A DNA stretch of 64,000 nucleotides from Chitinophagales bacterium (GCA_025056305.1 JANWWJ010000031.1:134192-198191); one strand, 5' to 3'. Counted from the first letter of the stretch, positions 9,614 through 21,920 are shown. Translations and numbers: made by a program. Notes: generated by a model not told the origin, from the sequence alone.

Positions 9614-11053
9614 TCACTTCCCCACTGGCTGCTCAATTAATTTTATTTCCGTACGTCGGTTCTGGGCCCGCCCTTCGGCGGTCTTATTGTCGGCAATGGG
9701 TCGCGTTTCCCCAAAACCCGCCGATTGTAGTCGATCAGCAGAAATACCTTTGGAGATGAAGTAATTTTTAACGGCCGCGGCTCGCCGTGTTGACAGGTCC
9801 ATGTTGCGCGCATCATCGCCAACATTATCGGTATGGCCTTCAATACTCCATTTGGTGTGGGGGTAGCGGTTCATGATGTCAACAATTTCATCGAGCACTT
9901 TAAAGGAAGCAGGTCGGATCTTATCGCTACCGGTTTCAAAGTTGATGGCACGAGCTGCAACGGTCAATTTTTCCATTTCTTCCTGTTTAGGTACCGGACA
10001 ACCTGCATTGGTAGCTGGGCCGGGTTCGGTGGGGCAACGGTCATCATCGTCGGCTACGCCGTCATTATCCTGATCTGGGCATCCTTTCAAGGCCAAGGCT
10101 CCGCGCCTGGTCGGGCACTTGTCTTCCGCGTCGGTAAGGCCATCGCCATCGGTATCCGGGCAGCCACGGAATGCAGCTAAGCCTTTTACATCGGGGCAAG
10201 CATCGTTTTTGTCGGCAATACCATCGCCATCACGGTCCGGACAACCTTTCAAGGCTTTTGCACCGGCTGCATTGGGGCATTCATCATCTTTATCGGCAAT
10301 GCCATCTTTATCTGCATCAGGACATCCGTCCAATTCTTTAAGGCCAGCTGCAGTGGGACATGCATCCGATCGATCGGCGATCTGGTCCCCGTCGCTGTCG
10401 GGACAGCCCATCGTTGATTCAGGACCTGCTTGATCGGGGCATGCATCTTCTTTATCAGTTATGCCGTCGCCATCGGAGTCTTTCATTCCGAAACGCACGA
10501 CCATGCCTGCAGAGTGCTGCATGAAGCTCATCGACTTTCCTTCATTTTCAGTAGCCCAATTGTAGGCTGTTTGCGCATAAACCCCCAGGTCGCGCCATAG
10601 CCACAGATTAAGGCCCAGGCCGCCGTTGAGGTTGGGCCTCAACTGGTCACCGCTAAGCTGGCTAGCCCCTAAGCCGGCAAACAAGTATGGGCCAATCTTG
10701 CAGTCTTCCTTGAGCATAACCCCATTATCCAGTTTGAAACGCAAATTCAAATCGACATTAAAAAATCCTTCGCCACTGATGTTATTGCCGTCGGCGTTGG
10801 TTTCGGTACGAGCCAATCCCAGCTGCAGATCGGTTGCCAGAAAATGATTCAAATGCCTTCCCAGCGTTAAGTGTGAAATAGCCGGAGTGACGTTCCAATT
10901 TTCCGTTTGCAGCAGGCCTCCGCCATTTACGGCGTGAAAGTCAATGGCATTAATGCCAGCACCCACCAGCCAACGGGCACGCTCGTTTTGGCCTGAAAGC
11001 TTAAAAGCAGAAAACAGAAAAACGGCTGTAATTGGGAGTAGGGTTCGCTTCAT
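9614..11053 (-). CDS. OmpA-family outer membrane protein with thrombospondin type-3 calcium-binding repeats
   Basis: It has a signal peptide, an N-terminal beta-barrel-like region, six DxDxDGxxDxxDxCP repeats, and a C-terminal OmpA_C domain (IEGHTDNVGDDARNMDLSTRRAAAV, NRRTEI). Confidence 0.85.
   Translation of the reverse strand: MKRTLLPITAVFLFSAFKLSGQNERARWLVGAGINAIDFHAVNGGGLLQTENWNVTPAISHLTLGRHLNHFLATDLQLGLARTETNADGNNISGEGFFNVDLNLRFKLDNGVMLKEDCKIGPYLFAGLGASQLSGDQLRPNLNGGLGLNLWLWRDLGVYAQTAYNWATENEGKSMSFMQHSAGMVVRFGMKDSDGDGITDKEDACPDQAGPESTMGCPDSDGDQIADRSDACPTAAGLKELDGCPDADKDGIADKDDECPNAAGAKALKGCPDRDGDGIADKNDACPDVKGLAAFRGCPDTDGDGLTDAEDKCPTRRGALALKGCPDQDNDGVADDDDRCPTEPGPATNAGCPVPKQEEMEKLTVAARAINFETGSDKIRPASFKVLDEIVDIMNRYPHTKWSIEGHTDNVGDDARNMDLSTRRAAAVKNYFISKGISADRLQSAGFGETRPIADNKTAEGRAQNRRTEIKLIEQPVGK
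9998..10480 (-). repeat. six tandem ~23-24-codon thrombospondin type-3-like repeats (coding)
   Basis: aa 192-352 of the OmpA-family protein repeat the unit GCPDxDxDG(I/L/V)xDxxDxCPxxxGxxxxx six times. Confidence 0.8.
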
Positions 11054-11347
11054 AACAACTTTTTTCAGTTAAGGAAGAAATTCTATTGTCGCACAAGGTA
11101 AGGGGAAAACATTAAATAAACCATACAGGTTAAAAAAGCCATTTCAGACCTCATCAACCGTTAAACAAGCTCCCTTGACTTTATATATTTCCGCAATCAA
11201 CATTTATGTAGTCGTTGTTCTGTTGAGGTGTGTTTTTCGAACGATCGAACCACAACACCCAGTGTTATTTATAAAAATTTATTTTTTTCGACAACGGTTA
11301 ATAAAAAACAAAAGCAACATTTTTTGAATTAGAGGTGCCCTCAACAG

Positions 11348-13048
11348 ATGAGCCGGCAGAAAGCAACGGTTCAGCGAAAAACTTCAGCCGCTAAGACAGC
11401 GCAGCCGTCGGTATGGTGGCGTCCGTGGCGAATAGCGCCCCTACTGTTTGTGCTAAGCATTGCGGTATATATCCCATCGCTTAAGCTGGGTTTCACCGAA
11501 TTAGACGATTCCATATTCATCCGCGAATTCAGCGTGTATCACAAAAACTGGGAAAATCTGATCACCTCATTCAAGCGTGGAGTTTTTCACGAAACTAAAG
11601 ACATCTACTACCGGCCCCTGTTGCTGAATTCATTTCTGCTTAATTACCAGTTGGCGGAAGAAAACATCAAAGGCTGGCGCTGGGTCAATATGATCTTGCA
11701 TGGCTGCAATGTGTTGCTGGTTTATTATTTGTTATTGAGAATAAATAGCGGCTTGTTGGCCTCTGCTTTTTTTGCCGCCGTCTTTGCAGTCCACCCTGTA
11801 TTGGCCCAAGCTGTAGTATGGATTCCGGGCCGTAATGATTCGCTGCTGGCTCTTTTTGTTTTCGGATACCTGTTGTTGCTCACGGCATATGTCCGCAGCC
11901 CGAACATCTGGAATGCCGTGGGTCAACTTCTGCTGCTGTCGGCAGCTTTTTTTACCAAAGAGACAGGGGTGCTTACCCCCTTGGCTGCGGCTGCCTTTTG
12001 GCTGCTGGTATTACGGCAACCATGGGCGCATCGCTCAGCAGTTTATGTTGCTGCGCTGTGTTTTTTAGCCTTTGTCATTTGGTATGCGGTGCGGGCACAA
12101 GCCACTTTGGAACACCAGCAGATCAAAGCCACGGAAATGGTGCAGGCGTTTTTCCAGCGGCTGCCCACCTTGCTGTATTACCTGAGCAAGGTGTTTTTGC
12201 CGGTTCACCTCAGTGTTTTTCCCGTCCAGCGAGACACACCCTGGCTGCCAGCCCTCATTTCCGCGTTAGCCCTTGTGACTTTGCTGTGGCTCACCATGCG
12301 GAAAGGAGATGTGGATTGGCAACGCTTTGTAGGTGGACTGTTTATATATGTCATTTTTATTATGCCTGCTTTGTTGGTGCCTCTCAGCTTCAATGACCAG
12401 GATTTCGAGCATCGCCTTTACGTACCCTTGGTCGGCCTGCTGGTGGCGTTAACAGCCTTGCGACCGGACTGGCTGCATCAAAAGCCCAGGGCCGTTCGTG
12501 CGGCGGCCGTCCTTATTCTCGTTGTCCTTTCCGCAGTTAATGTAAAGCGGCACGCCTACTTCAACGATCCCGTGACCTTCTGGAAGAAAGCAGTAGCCGA
12601 CAGCCCCAGCTCGGCCTATGCGAAGATGATGCTGGCTTCTCGCATTGAAAAGATTGAGCCTCAGCGTGCCGACTCCCTGATGCGGCTCGCATACCGTATG
12701 GATTCATCAATGAAATACATCAACTATTACATGGGCGTTTTGTTACAGCATCGGGATTCGGTGTTGCAATCGGAACCTTATTTTCTGCGAGAACTCAAAA
12801 AGTCCGACTTGAACAGTTGCTACTTTCATTTGGCCCGAGTAGCGTTCGAAAAGAACGACCGAAAACAGGCTATAGAATGGCTGCAAGAATACCTGCGACG
12901 AGAACCTGCAGATCCACAGGGGAATCATAATCTGATGTTGTTGTATTATGAACTTGGCGATACCGTCAGGCTCCGACAGCAAGTAGCGCGCATGTTGGTA
13001 TTTGGTCTTTCGGTTCCGGATGCCGTAGCCGATGCGGCCGGCTATTGA
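11348..13048 (+). CDS. GT-C-like polytopic membrane protein with C-terminal TPR repeats (TMTC/PMT_2-like putative glycosyltransferase)
   Basis: 566 aa with about 10 TM helices. It has an early DD-containing loop (LGFTELDDSIF), the motif YYRPLLLNSF..., and HGCNVLLVYYLL, then a soluble TPR-like C-terminus of about 170 aa. The assignment rests on architecture only. Confidence 0.6.
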   Translation: MSRQKATVQRKTSAAKTAQPSVWWRPWRIAPLLFVLSIAVYIPSLKLGFTELDDSIFIREFSVYHKNWENLITSFKRGVFHETKDIYYRPLLLNSFLLNYQLAEENIKGWRWVNMILHGCNVLLVYYLLLRINSGLLASAFFAAVFAVHPVLAQAVVWIPGRNDSLLALFVFGYLLLLTAYVRSPNIWNAVGQLLLLSAAFFTKETGVLTPLAAAAFWLLVLRQPWAHRSAVYVAALCFLAFVIWYAVRAQATLEHQQIKATEMVQAFFQRLPTLLYYLSKVFLPVHLSVFPVQRDTPWLPALISALALVTLLWLTMRKGDVDWQRFVGGLFIYVIFIMPALLVPLSFNDQDFEHRLYVPLVGLLVALTALRPDWLHQKPRAVRAAAVLILVVLSAVNVKRHAYFNDPVTFWKKAVADSPSSAYAKMMLASRIEKIEPQRADSLMRLAYRMDSSMKYINYYMGVLLQHRDSVLQSEPYFLRELKKSDLNSCYFHLARVAFEKNDRKQAIEWLQEYLRREPADPQGNHNLMLLYYELGDTVRLRQQVARMLVFGLSVPDAVADAAGY

Positions 13049-13049
13049 A

Positions 13050-14702
13050 CTAATGCTCGGAAGTTTTTGCTGCCCAATGGTCTTTAAGAGTTACCGTGCG
13101 GTTGAATACGGGCAGATCGGGCGTTGATGAGGGGTCCAATACGAAATAGCCTTTTCGCAGAAACTGATAATGCACTCCTAAGCTTGCCGTTCGCAGATCC
13201 GGTTCGGCCATAGCTCGTTCGACCACCAACAGACTGTTGGGATTGATCAAACTACCCAATGGCTCTTCGCTGGCAGCAGGATTTTCTACCTTGAACAAAC
13301 GGTCATAGAGCATGACCCGCACCGGCACGGCATGGGCTGCACTGACCCAGTGAAGCGTGGATTTGACCTTTACCGTGGAATCGCTCCCGCTTCGTGTTTC
13401 GGGAAAATAGCTGGCCTTGATTGCGATAATGTTTCCGCGATCATCTTTGACCACATCATCACATCGAATCACATAGGCGCTCTTCAACCTGACGGTACGG
13501 CCGGGTGCCAACCGCAAAAAGCCTTTGGGGGGCTCTTCCATGAAATCTTCCTGTTCTATGAACAGTTCACGCGAGAAGGGTATTTCACGGGTGCCGGCCG
13601 CAGGGTCTTCCGGGTTGTTTTCGACAGGCAACCATTCGACTTGACCTTCGGGATAGTTGGTCAGGATCAGTTTAAGCGGCGAAAGCACGACCATTCGGCG
13701 TAAGGCCCGCCGGTTCAGATCTTCTCGGATACAGAATTCAAGCAACCCGACATCCACAAGATTATCGCGGCGGGCTACCCCGATGCGTTCACAAAATTCA
13801 CGGATGGCCTCGGGCGTGTAGCCGCGGCGCCGCAAGCCGGCTAATGTGGGCATGCGCGGGTCATCCCATCCACTGACATGCCCTTCCTGAACCAGCTGCA
13901 ACAACTTGCGTTTGCTCAACACCGTGTACGACAAGTTGAGCCGCGCAAATTCATACTGCCTGGATGGAAATATCTCTAATTTTTCTATAAACCATTCATA
14001 TAATGGACGATGCACCTCAAATTCCATAGTGCAGATGCTGTGGGTAATGCCCTCCAGCGAATCACACTGGCCATGGGCAAAATCGTACATGGGATAGATG
14101 CACCAGGTATTTCCCGTGCGGTGATGGCTTTCGTATTTAATGCGATACATGACGGGGTCGCGCATGTGCATGTTTGGTGAAGCCATGTCTATTTTGGCGC
14201 GCAACACGCAGGCTCCTTCCGGAAAGACCCCAGCCCTCATTTTCCGAAACAACTCCAGATTTTCTTCCACCGTCCGGTTTCGATAAGGGCTCTCCATACC
14301 CGGCGTGGTGGGGGTGCCTTTCATGGCTGCAATTTCTTCACTCGAAGAATGGTCAACGTAGGCCAGGCCCTTGCGAATCAGCCGCTCGGCAAACTCATAA
14401 AGTTTTTCAAAATAATCGGACGCGTAAAATTCATTCTCCCATTCGTAGCCCAGCCAGCGAATATCGCGTTTGATGCTTTCCACATATTCGGTCTCTTCGG
14501 TTGTGGGGTTGGTATCGTCAAAACGCAGGTTGGTAATACCTCCATATTTATCGGCAAGGCCGAAGTTGAGGTGTATGCTTTTCGCATGACCGATGTGCAG
14601 GTATCCGTTAGGCTCGGGGGGAAATCGGGTTACGATGCGCTGGTACTTACCGCTTTTTAGATCGGCTTCGATGATTTCTTCCAAAAAATTTTTTGCACTC
14701 AT
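13050..14702 (-). CDS. glnS: glutamine--tRNA ligase
   Basis: It has the class I HIGH motif ([14 protein letters not shown]), the KMSKS-like VLSKRKL, and GlnRS-typical C-terminal beta-barrel domains. Length is 550 aa. Confidence 0.95.
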   Translation of the reverse strand: MSAKNFLEEIIEADLKSGKYQRIVTRFPPEPNGYLHIGHAKSIHLNFGLADKYGGITNLRFDDTNPTTEETEYVESIKRDIRWLGYEWENEFYASDYFEKLYEFAERLIRKGLAYVDHSSSEEIAAMKGTPTTPGMESPYRNRTVEENLELFRKMRAGVFPEGACVLRAKIDMASPNMHMRDPVMYRIKYESHHRTGNTWCIYPMYDFAHGQCDSLEGITHSICTMEFEVHRPLYEWFIEKLEIFPSRQYEFARLNLSYTVLSKRKLLQLVQEGHVSGWDDPRMPTLAGLRRRGYTPEAIREFCERIGVARRDNLVDVGLLEFCIREDLNRRALRRMVVLSPLKLILTNYPEGQVEWLPVENNPEDPAAGTREIPFSRELFIEQEDFMEEPPKGFLRLAPGRTVRLKSAYVIRCDDVVKDDRGNIIAIKASYFPETRSGSDSTVKVKSTLHWVSAAHAVPVRVMLYDRLFKVENPAASEEPLGSLINPNSLLVVERAMAEPDLRTASLGVHYQFLRKGYFVLDPSSTPDLPVFNRTVTLKDHWAAKTSEH

Positions 14703-14705
14703 AAC

Positions 14706-15425
14706 TCAACGCAGCACAAAGAAATGATCTACAGCCGGAATCCGTTGTGCCAGAAATCCTTCGGCATATTGGACACCGATGCGTTTTCCCAACCAGCGAG
14801 CCCGCCACTCGAGCGATTCTAAAAAATCAGGCTGGGAAATGTAGGTCGTGGGCTCTGTAGATTCAGGGTTGTAGAACTGGGAGCTAAAGCAACGTACTGC
14901 TTCCATGCGTTTGGACCAGAAAGCTGTGACGTCAATCACCACATCGGGCTCAATCCACTGATCTTGAATGTAGTGATAAAGAGCCCTCGGGCGCCAGGGC
15001 TGCTGAGGTGTTCCGTTGTCTTCAGTAGCCAGCCGGTGCAAACCGGCCAAAAAGCAAGCCTCGCGTACGAGCGCTGCAGCATGGCCATGATCGGGATGAC
15101 GATCCCTGGGTGCATTACACAAGACCACGTCGGGACAGCAACGTCGCACCAGCCGGATAACGGCCATCCGCTGGTGGACGTCAGCTTCGTTGAGGTGACC
15201 ATCAGGAAGGCCGAGGTTGAAGCGTGCCGTTATCCCAAGCACCTGTGCTGCCAGCTCTGCTTCCTTAAGCCGTAGCGCTGCATTGCCGCGCGTACCCAAT
15301 TCCCCTTGGGTGAGATCGGCAATGCCCACCTTAAAGCCATGAGCAAGGTGGCGAAGCAACGTTCCTCCACACGACAGCTCCACATCGTCGGGATGAGCAC
15401 CAAAGGCCAGCAAGTCCAGCTTCAT
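14706..15425 (-). CDS. bshB1: bacillithiol biosynthesis deacetylase BshB1 (PIG-L/LmbE family)
   Basis: Motifs LAFGAHPDDVELSCGGTL and RDRHPDHGHAAALV match the PIG-L zinc motif. Start taken at the ATG at 15425 (MKLDLLAFG). Confidence 0.8.
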   Translation of the reverse strand: MKLDLLAFGAHPDDVELSCGGTLLRHLAHGFKVGIADLTQGELGTRGNAALRLKEAELAAQVLGITARFNLGLPDGHLNEADVHQRMAVIRLVRRCCPDVVLCNAPRDRHPDHGHAAALVREACFLAGLHRLATEDNGTPQQPWRPRALYHYIQDQWIEPDVVIDVTAFWSKRMEAVRCFSSQFYNPESTEPTTYISQPDFLESLEWRARWLGKRIGVQYAEGFLAQRIPAVDHFFVLR

Positions 15426-15514
15426 ACGGCAAAACAAATCATTCCATCGTCAAAACTTATCCGGCTGTAATAGTGCTTGACACTTATGAACTTAATTTGC
15501 TCAAACAAACTTTG

Positions 15515-16030
15515 ATGGAGCAGGTCATTCTGGTAAATGCCCGAGGAGAAGCTATTGGAAGCATGGAAAAGATCGAGGCTCACCGCAAAGGATTATTGCA
15601 TCGGGCTTTCAGTATCTTCTTATTCAACAGGCAGGGAGAAATGTTGTTGCAGCGCCGGGCACCGAGTAAATACCATTTTGCCGGCTTATGGAGCAATGCC
15701 TGCTGCAGCCATCCCAGGCCCGGAGAAAACACCGCCGAGGCAGCCGAACGTCGGCTGCGTGAGGAGCTGGGTGTTGAAGCTGAGTTAAAGGAAATTGCGG
15801 TGATACGCTACTGCTTTTTCGATCCTTCAAGCGGTCTGACAGAGCATGAAATGGATCATGTATTTGTTGGCTTTTGCGATGCTCCCCTTTCACCGGATCC
15901 CCAACAAACCGATGCATTACGGTGGGTTAGTGCCCGAGAGCTAAGCAAAGAAATGCAAAGCAATCCAAGTTGCTTTACCCCCTGGTTTCGGTTTATCCTG
16001 GAAAATGTTTCCGTGCAGCCTGCTGGGTGA
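15515..16030 (+). CDS. idi: isopentenyl-diphosphate delta-isomerase, type 1 (Nudix)
   Basis: Motifs LHRAFSIFLFN, WSNACCSHP and the Nudix-box-like ERRLREELG are present. Start at the ATG at 15515 (MEQVILVN); the ORF-track start at 15473 is a GTG. Confidence 0.85.
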   Translation: MEQVILVNARGEAIGSMEKIEAHRKGLLHRAFSIFLFNRQGEMLLQRRAPSKYHFAGLWSNACCSHPRPGENTAEAAERRLREELGVEAELKEIAVIRYCFFDPSSGLTEHEMDHVFVGFCDAPLSPDPQQTDALRWVSARELSKEMQSNPSCFTPWFRFILENVSVQPAG

Positions 16031-16031
16031 G

Positions 16032-16124
<93 letters not shown>

Positions 16125-16216
16125 TGCAAAGATAGGGTATGCCTTAAGCGTGCCTTCTTCAGTCGTATACAGTTTCTGACCCCCTGTCAGCAATTTATCG
16201 ATTACCCTAATGCTAA

Positions 16217-17929
<1,713 letters not shown>

Positions 17930-17987
17930 TTACTGCTTTCATTCGAGGGGTATTACCTAAGTTTGCCGCTTCAATCTTCTTGCTGTT

Positions 17988-19829
17988 GTGGATAGGAACA
18001 CGGTGATCGGCTTTCTGCTCATCACCCTACTTATCATTGCCTATACCCTATATAATATTCCCTCGGCCGAGGAATTAGAACGTCAGCAGCGAATTGCAGA
18101 TTCGATAGCTGCTGTCCGTGCTCAGGAGCAGAAAAAGCTCGAGCAAGTAGAGATGCCCCAACCGATTGTAGAAAAGCCGACACCAGTTGCCAGCGCTCTT
18201 TTCCGTGGAGATACCACAACAGAACCAAAATTTTTTACTTTAGAAAACGACCTGCTTCGCGTTTCCTTTTCAACCGTCGGAGCATACCCCGCTTCCGTCG
18301 AAATCAAACATTACAAAACCTACGACCAGAAACCATTGGTTTTGTTCAGTCCGCAAAACAGCAAGCTGAATTATATCTTTTTTGCGCAGAATCAAGAAGT
18401 ACAAACTGCCGACGTAGTTTATGCTGTTGAGACGGGACCGGCAATAGCCAAAGAGGGCGACAGCGCTTGGATCCGGTTTCATGCTTATGGCCCTTACGGC
18501 AGCCATCTTGAGCACTATTATGCTCTGGCACCCAACAGCGCGGCCATTTCTTACCGGTTTTCTCTCTACGGAATTGATAGCCTGATCAGCACGCCCAGTC
18601 CTTATATGCAGTTAAACTGGATGGTGCGCTTTAATCATACCGAAAAAGATCTGGCTACAGAGCGGAATAACAGCACTATTTACCTGCGTACCCGCGAGGG
18701 GGATGTGGACGGAATTTCAGAACGAAGTACAGGCGAAAAGCACCTGCCCGGAAATATTCAATGGGTTTCGGCAAAAACCCACTTCTTTAACATCACCCTC
18801 ATTTCTAAAGAGCTGTTTGATGAAGGGCGCATTAGTTCTGCTTTTGCTGAAAACGATACGTTCGTCAAAGACTTGCGCGCCGAGCTGATTTTGCCTTTAG
18901 AACCGGCCCCTCAGGTTCAGTATCACTTTTCCCTTTATGCCGGCCCCAACAACTATCAGGCGTTAAAACGCACCGGTTTAGGTCTGGAGCAGATCATTCC
19001 TTTAGGTGCAGGGCTGTTTGGTGCCATGTCGCTGCCGTTGAATAAGTATTTCATTATTCCCCTGTTCAACTGGTTAGACAACTATCACCTGCATTACGGG
19101 GTGATTATTTTGATCATGACCGTTATTCTTCGCATCATTCTTTTTCCGCTTACCTATCGGTCTTTCGTGTCGGCAGCCAAAATGAAAGTGCTTAAACCTG
19201 AAATTGACGAGCTCAGAGAAAAATACAAGGACGATCCGACCCGCTTTGGGCAGGAACAGATGAATTTATTTCGACGGGCCGGTGTCAATCCCTTTGGTGG
19301 CTGTATTCCCCTGTTGCTGCAGCTCCCTATCCTGGCAGCCATGTACACTTTTTTCCCCTTGTCTGTAGAACTTCGCCAGCAAAAGCTCTGGTGGGCCGAC
19401 GACCTTTCTACCTACGACTCTATTCTTGAGCTGGGTTTTACCATCCCTTTTTACGGCAGCCATGTCAGCCTGTTTACCATCATCATGACTGCTACATCCG
19501 TGGCATTTGCGGTGTACAATAATCAGTTAGCAGGGGTTCAAGGCCCGATGAAGTGGATGGCCTATTTAATGCCAATAATGCTGCTGGGATTTTTTAACTC
19601 GCTGCCGGCAGCATTGACCTATTACTATTCTTTGAGCAATGTCTTTGCTTTTATTCAGCAATTTGCCATCAAGAAATGGTTTATAGATGAAGAAGCCATA
19701 CATCGAAAAATTCAGGAAAACAAGAAACGACCTCTGAAAAAATCACGATGGCAAGAGCGTTTAGAACAACTGCAAAAACAACAGCAGCAGCGTTTGCGTG
19801 AACGTCAGAAGCAGCGGAGTCATCGCTAA
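17988..19829 (+). CDS. yidC: membrane protein insertase YidC
   Basis: 613 aa with an N-terminal TM helix, a large periplasmic domain, and a C-terminal 60-kDa insertase core (GVIILIMTVILRIILFPLTY, KMKVLKPEIDELREKY, GGCIPLLLQLPI). GTG start. Confidence 0.9.
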   Translation: MDRNTVIGFLLITLLIIAYTLYNIPSAEELERQQRIADSIAAVRAQEQKKLEQVEMPQPIVEKPTPVASALFRGDTTTEPKFFTLENDLLRVSFSTVGAYPASVEIKHYKTYDQKPLVLFSPQNSKLNYIFFAQNQEVQTADVVYAVETGPAIAKEGDSAWIRFHAYGPYGSHLEHYYALAPNSAAISYRFSLYGIDSLISTPSPYMQLNWMVRFNHTEKDLATERNNSTIYLRTREGDVDGISERSTGEKHLPGNIQWVSAKTHFFNITLISKELFDEGRISSAFAENDTFVKDLRAELILPLEPAPQVQYHFSLYAGPNNYQALKRTGLGLEQIIPLGAGLFGAMSLPLNKYFIIPLFNWLDNYHLHYGVIILIMTVILRIILFPLTYRSFVSAAKMKVLKPEIDELREKYKDDPTRFGQEQMNLFRRAGVNPFGGCIPLLLQLPILAAMYTFFPLSVELRQQKLWWADDLSTYDSILELGFTIPFYGSHVSLFTIIMTATSVAFAVYNNQLAGVQGPMKWMAYLMPIMLLGFFNSLPAALTYYYSLSNVFAFIQQFAIKKWFIDEEAIHRKIQENKKRPLKKSRWQERLEQLQKQQQQRLRERQKQRSHR

Positions 19830-19877
19830 AAATCAGAATTTTTCAGTCCCTTGAGGTAATTCCTTGCGGTAAAGTTG

Positions 19878-19885
19878 TACTTTTG
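19878..19885 (+). promoter_or_regulatory. candidate Bacteroidota -7 promoter element (TAnnTTTG)
   Basis: TACTTTTG lies 38 nt upstream of the ATG at 19923. This is a motif match only, and I did not find a well-spaced -33 element. Confidence 0.3.
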
Positions 19886-19922
19886 ATGCCAGTGAAATGT
19901 TTGACTTAAAAATCACCAAATC

Positions 19923-21860
19923 ATGAAAAATTTATTACTCAGCACAGCTACCCTTCTGCTTGCAGGATGGGCCTCAGCACAGGCTCCAAAATTGGTGCCC
20001 CAAAAAATGCCGTTACCGGATTTTGCCGTCAAATACGGCCTGAAGGATCCGGAGCGGACGGTCCCGCTCAACACCAATCGCATGTTGTGGGCACACCCTT
20101 CAGGGCAGCAAACAGCCAGTAGTGTGCGAACAGTGAACAAGGTGCCGATCGGAAGTTCTTACAACGCCTATACTCTGTTGGTTTCCGAGCAGCGGTGTGT
20201 TACCGTCCGTCCCGAAATGAACATGGTAGGCTTTGTTCATCGCATTGACGTGAGCAAAAGCACCAATAGTGGCGACATCATCATGAAATATTCACTCGAT
20301 GGGGGCCAAACGTGGGATTCTACCACCCAATGGACGCTGGCATATAAGAACACTACATATCCACGTGGCCGCTATCCTCAGGGAGGTATCTACAACCCCC
20401 CTGGCAACACCAGCCCCCTCGGTACTTATGCTGCCGTTTCAGGGCCTATTACTGATGGGGCTGCGTGGATAGCTAATTACCTTTCTTCCGCGAAAACCGG
20501 AAACACCGATATCAGCGGCGTCAGTGCCAACATTCACGTAGATGGTACCCGCGATATGGCTCGCATCGATTTTCACGTAGCCACAAATAATGTTTATGCT
20601 ATTGGTGCACGATACGACTTCGACGGCACAGATCCATTTTATGGTTCTTTCATATTGAAAGGAACATGGAATAGCAGTACTAATTCATTCTCTTATCAAA
20701 TCATTGATCTTGACTACAGCATTTTTGATGATGGTGTAAACGGTCAGCTTTTTTACACCTTAGGAAATCAAGCATGGTCTCCTGATGGGCAGATTGGCTA
20801 TGTGATGGTGATCGGTTGTGATAACGATCAGGTGGCCCTGGGTAACTACCCCATTTGGCCTATACTGATGAAAACCACTGACGGCGGTAATACATGGAGT
20901 AAACTAAATGTAGATTTCAGTAATATCCCCGTTTGGGAAGAATACTTATTCCCCTCTACCGATGGTTCATACCGACCGTTTTTCTTGCCGGAAAATGGCG
21001 TGGACATGTTTTTGGACAAAGACAACCGCCTACACATTGTTTGTCAAGTCATCAGTCAATACACCAATCACCCCGATTCGGTACTATATTATTTAATCGA
21101 TGGACAAACGGGGACCTACCCCATGCAAATCTTTGATGTTTATGAAACGGCTACCGGATGGGATGCCCAATACTTGACTACCATTTCAGCCATGCCGGTA
21201 GATCAAAACGTCACTCCCTTTGCCGACCAGCTCACGTGGGATGCACGCATCAGTGTAGCTCAAAGCCCTGATCGCGACACGTATTTCCTCCTATGGATGG
21301 ATACGGATCCCGGTTTTGAGATGTACAACCTTTATCCGGATATCTGGGGTAAAGGCTGGCGTATCAGCGCAAACAAAGGTGATACCACTACGCGACGCAA
21401 CTTCACCAACCTAAGTGCAGACAATTACTGGATGTTTGTGGGTGACTATTGCTTCTATGACGGATCAACCTACAAAGTGCCAGTGACTGTTTCCTTTGCA
21501 ACCTCTGGGCAATACGACGGCATTGTATCGCACACGCACTATTATGTTCAGGGCATAGAATTTTCCGATTCGGACTTTCCTACTATTGGCATAGAAGAGA
21601 CTGCCGTACGGCCGGAGGTGAAAATCTATCCTAATCCTGCCCATGGCGCTTATGAAATCACCCTCAGCAATAACGCTACTCAAGTAGATATAACGATTAG
21701 CTCTATTAACGGACAGGTAGTACAAAATTTGACGGGGGTTCGAGTTAACGGCAGCCGTGTGCGGTTGCATACAGGTCATCTGACCGACGGCATGTATGTG
21801 GTTCAGGTAAATGATGGAACAAACGTGTTTACGGGTAACCTTATCGTAGCCGGTAAATAA
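19923..21860 (+). CDS. secreted BNR/Asp-box repeat protein with T9SS type-A C-terminal sorting domain
   Basis: It has a signal peptide (LLLAGWASAQA), two Asp-boxes (SLDGGQTW, TTDGGNTW), and a C-terminal KIYPNPAHGAYEITL...GMYVVQVNDGTNVFTGNLIV typical of the T9SS CTD. Confidence 0.7.
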   Translation: MKNLLLSTATLLLAGWASAQAPKLVPQKMPLPDFAVKYGLKDPERTVPLNTNRMLWAHPSGQQTASSVRTVNKVPIGSSYNAYTLLVSEQRCVTVRPEMNMVGFVHRIDVSKSTNSGDIIMKYSLDGGQTWDSTTQWTLAYKNTTYPRGRYPQGGIYNPPGNTSPLGTYAAVSGPITDGAAWIANYLSSAKTGNTDISGVSANIHVDGTRDMARIDFHVATNNVYAIGARYDFDGTDPFYGSFILKGTWNSSTNSFSYQIIDLDYSIFDDGVNGQLFYTLGNQAWSPDGQIGYVMVIGCDNDQVALGNYPIWPILMKTTDGGNTWSKLNVDFSNIPVWEEYLFPSTDGSYRPFFLPENGVDMFLDKDNRLHIVCQVISQYTNHPDSVLYYLIDGQTGTYPMQIFDVYETATGWDAQYLTTISAMPVDQNVTPFADQLTWDARISVAQSPDRDTYFLLWMDTDPGFEMYNLYPDIWGKGWRISANKGDTTTRRNFTNLSADNYWMFVGDYCFYDGSTYKVPVTVSFATSGQYDGIVSHTHYYVQGIEFSDSDFPTIGIEETAVRPEVKIYPNPAHGAYEITLSNNATQVDITISSINGQVVQNLTGVRVNGSRVRLHTGHLTDGMYVVQVNDGTNVFTGNLIVAGK

Positions 21861-21873
21861 ACGATAAGTTGAT

Positions 21874-21920
21874 TCAAAAAAAATCAGGGGCGGTCCTCAT
21901 GAGCCGCCCCTGATTTTTTA
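21874..21920. terminator. bidirectional rho-independent terminator between convergent genes
   Basis: The perfect 11-bp stem ATCAGGGGCGG / CCGCCCCTGAT (21883-21893 / 21904-21914) is flanked by an A-run upstream and TTTTTT downstream. The T-run overlaps the rimK stop codon. Confidence 0.8.

Noticed and set aside
9998-10480. Periodic ~70-nt repeats that superficially resemble a repeat-spacer array.
   Set aside because: They lie entirely within one long ORF and encode TSP3 calcium-binding motifs. The repeats are not identical and have no spacer structure, so this is not a CRISPR array.
11054-11347. A 294-bp AT-rich divergent intergenic region, scanned for Bacteroidota TAnnTTTG promoter motifs and palindromes (including TTCGAACGATCGAAC).
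   Set aside because: I found no exact -7 motif at a sensible distance from either start. The palindromic pieces are short (6 bp) and expected by chance in AT-rich DNA.
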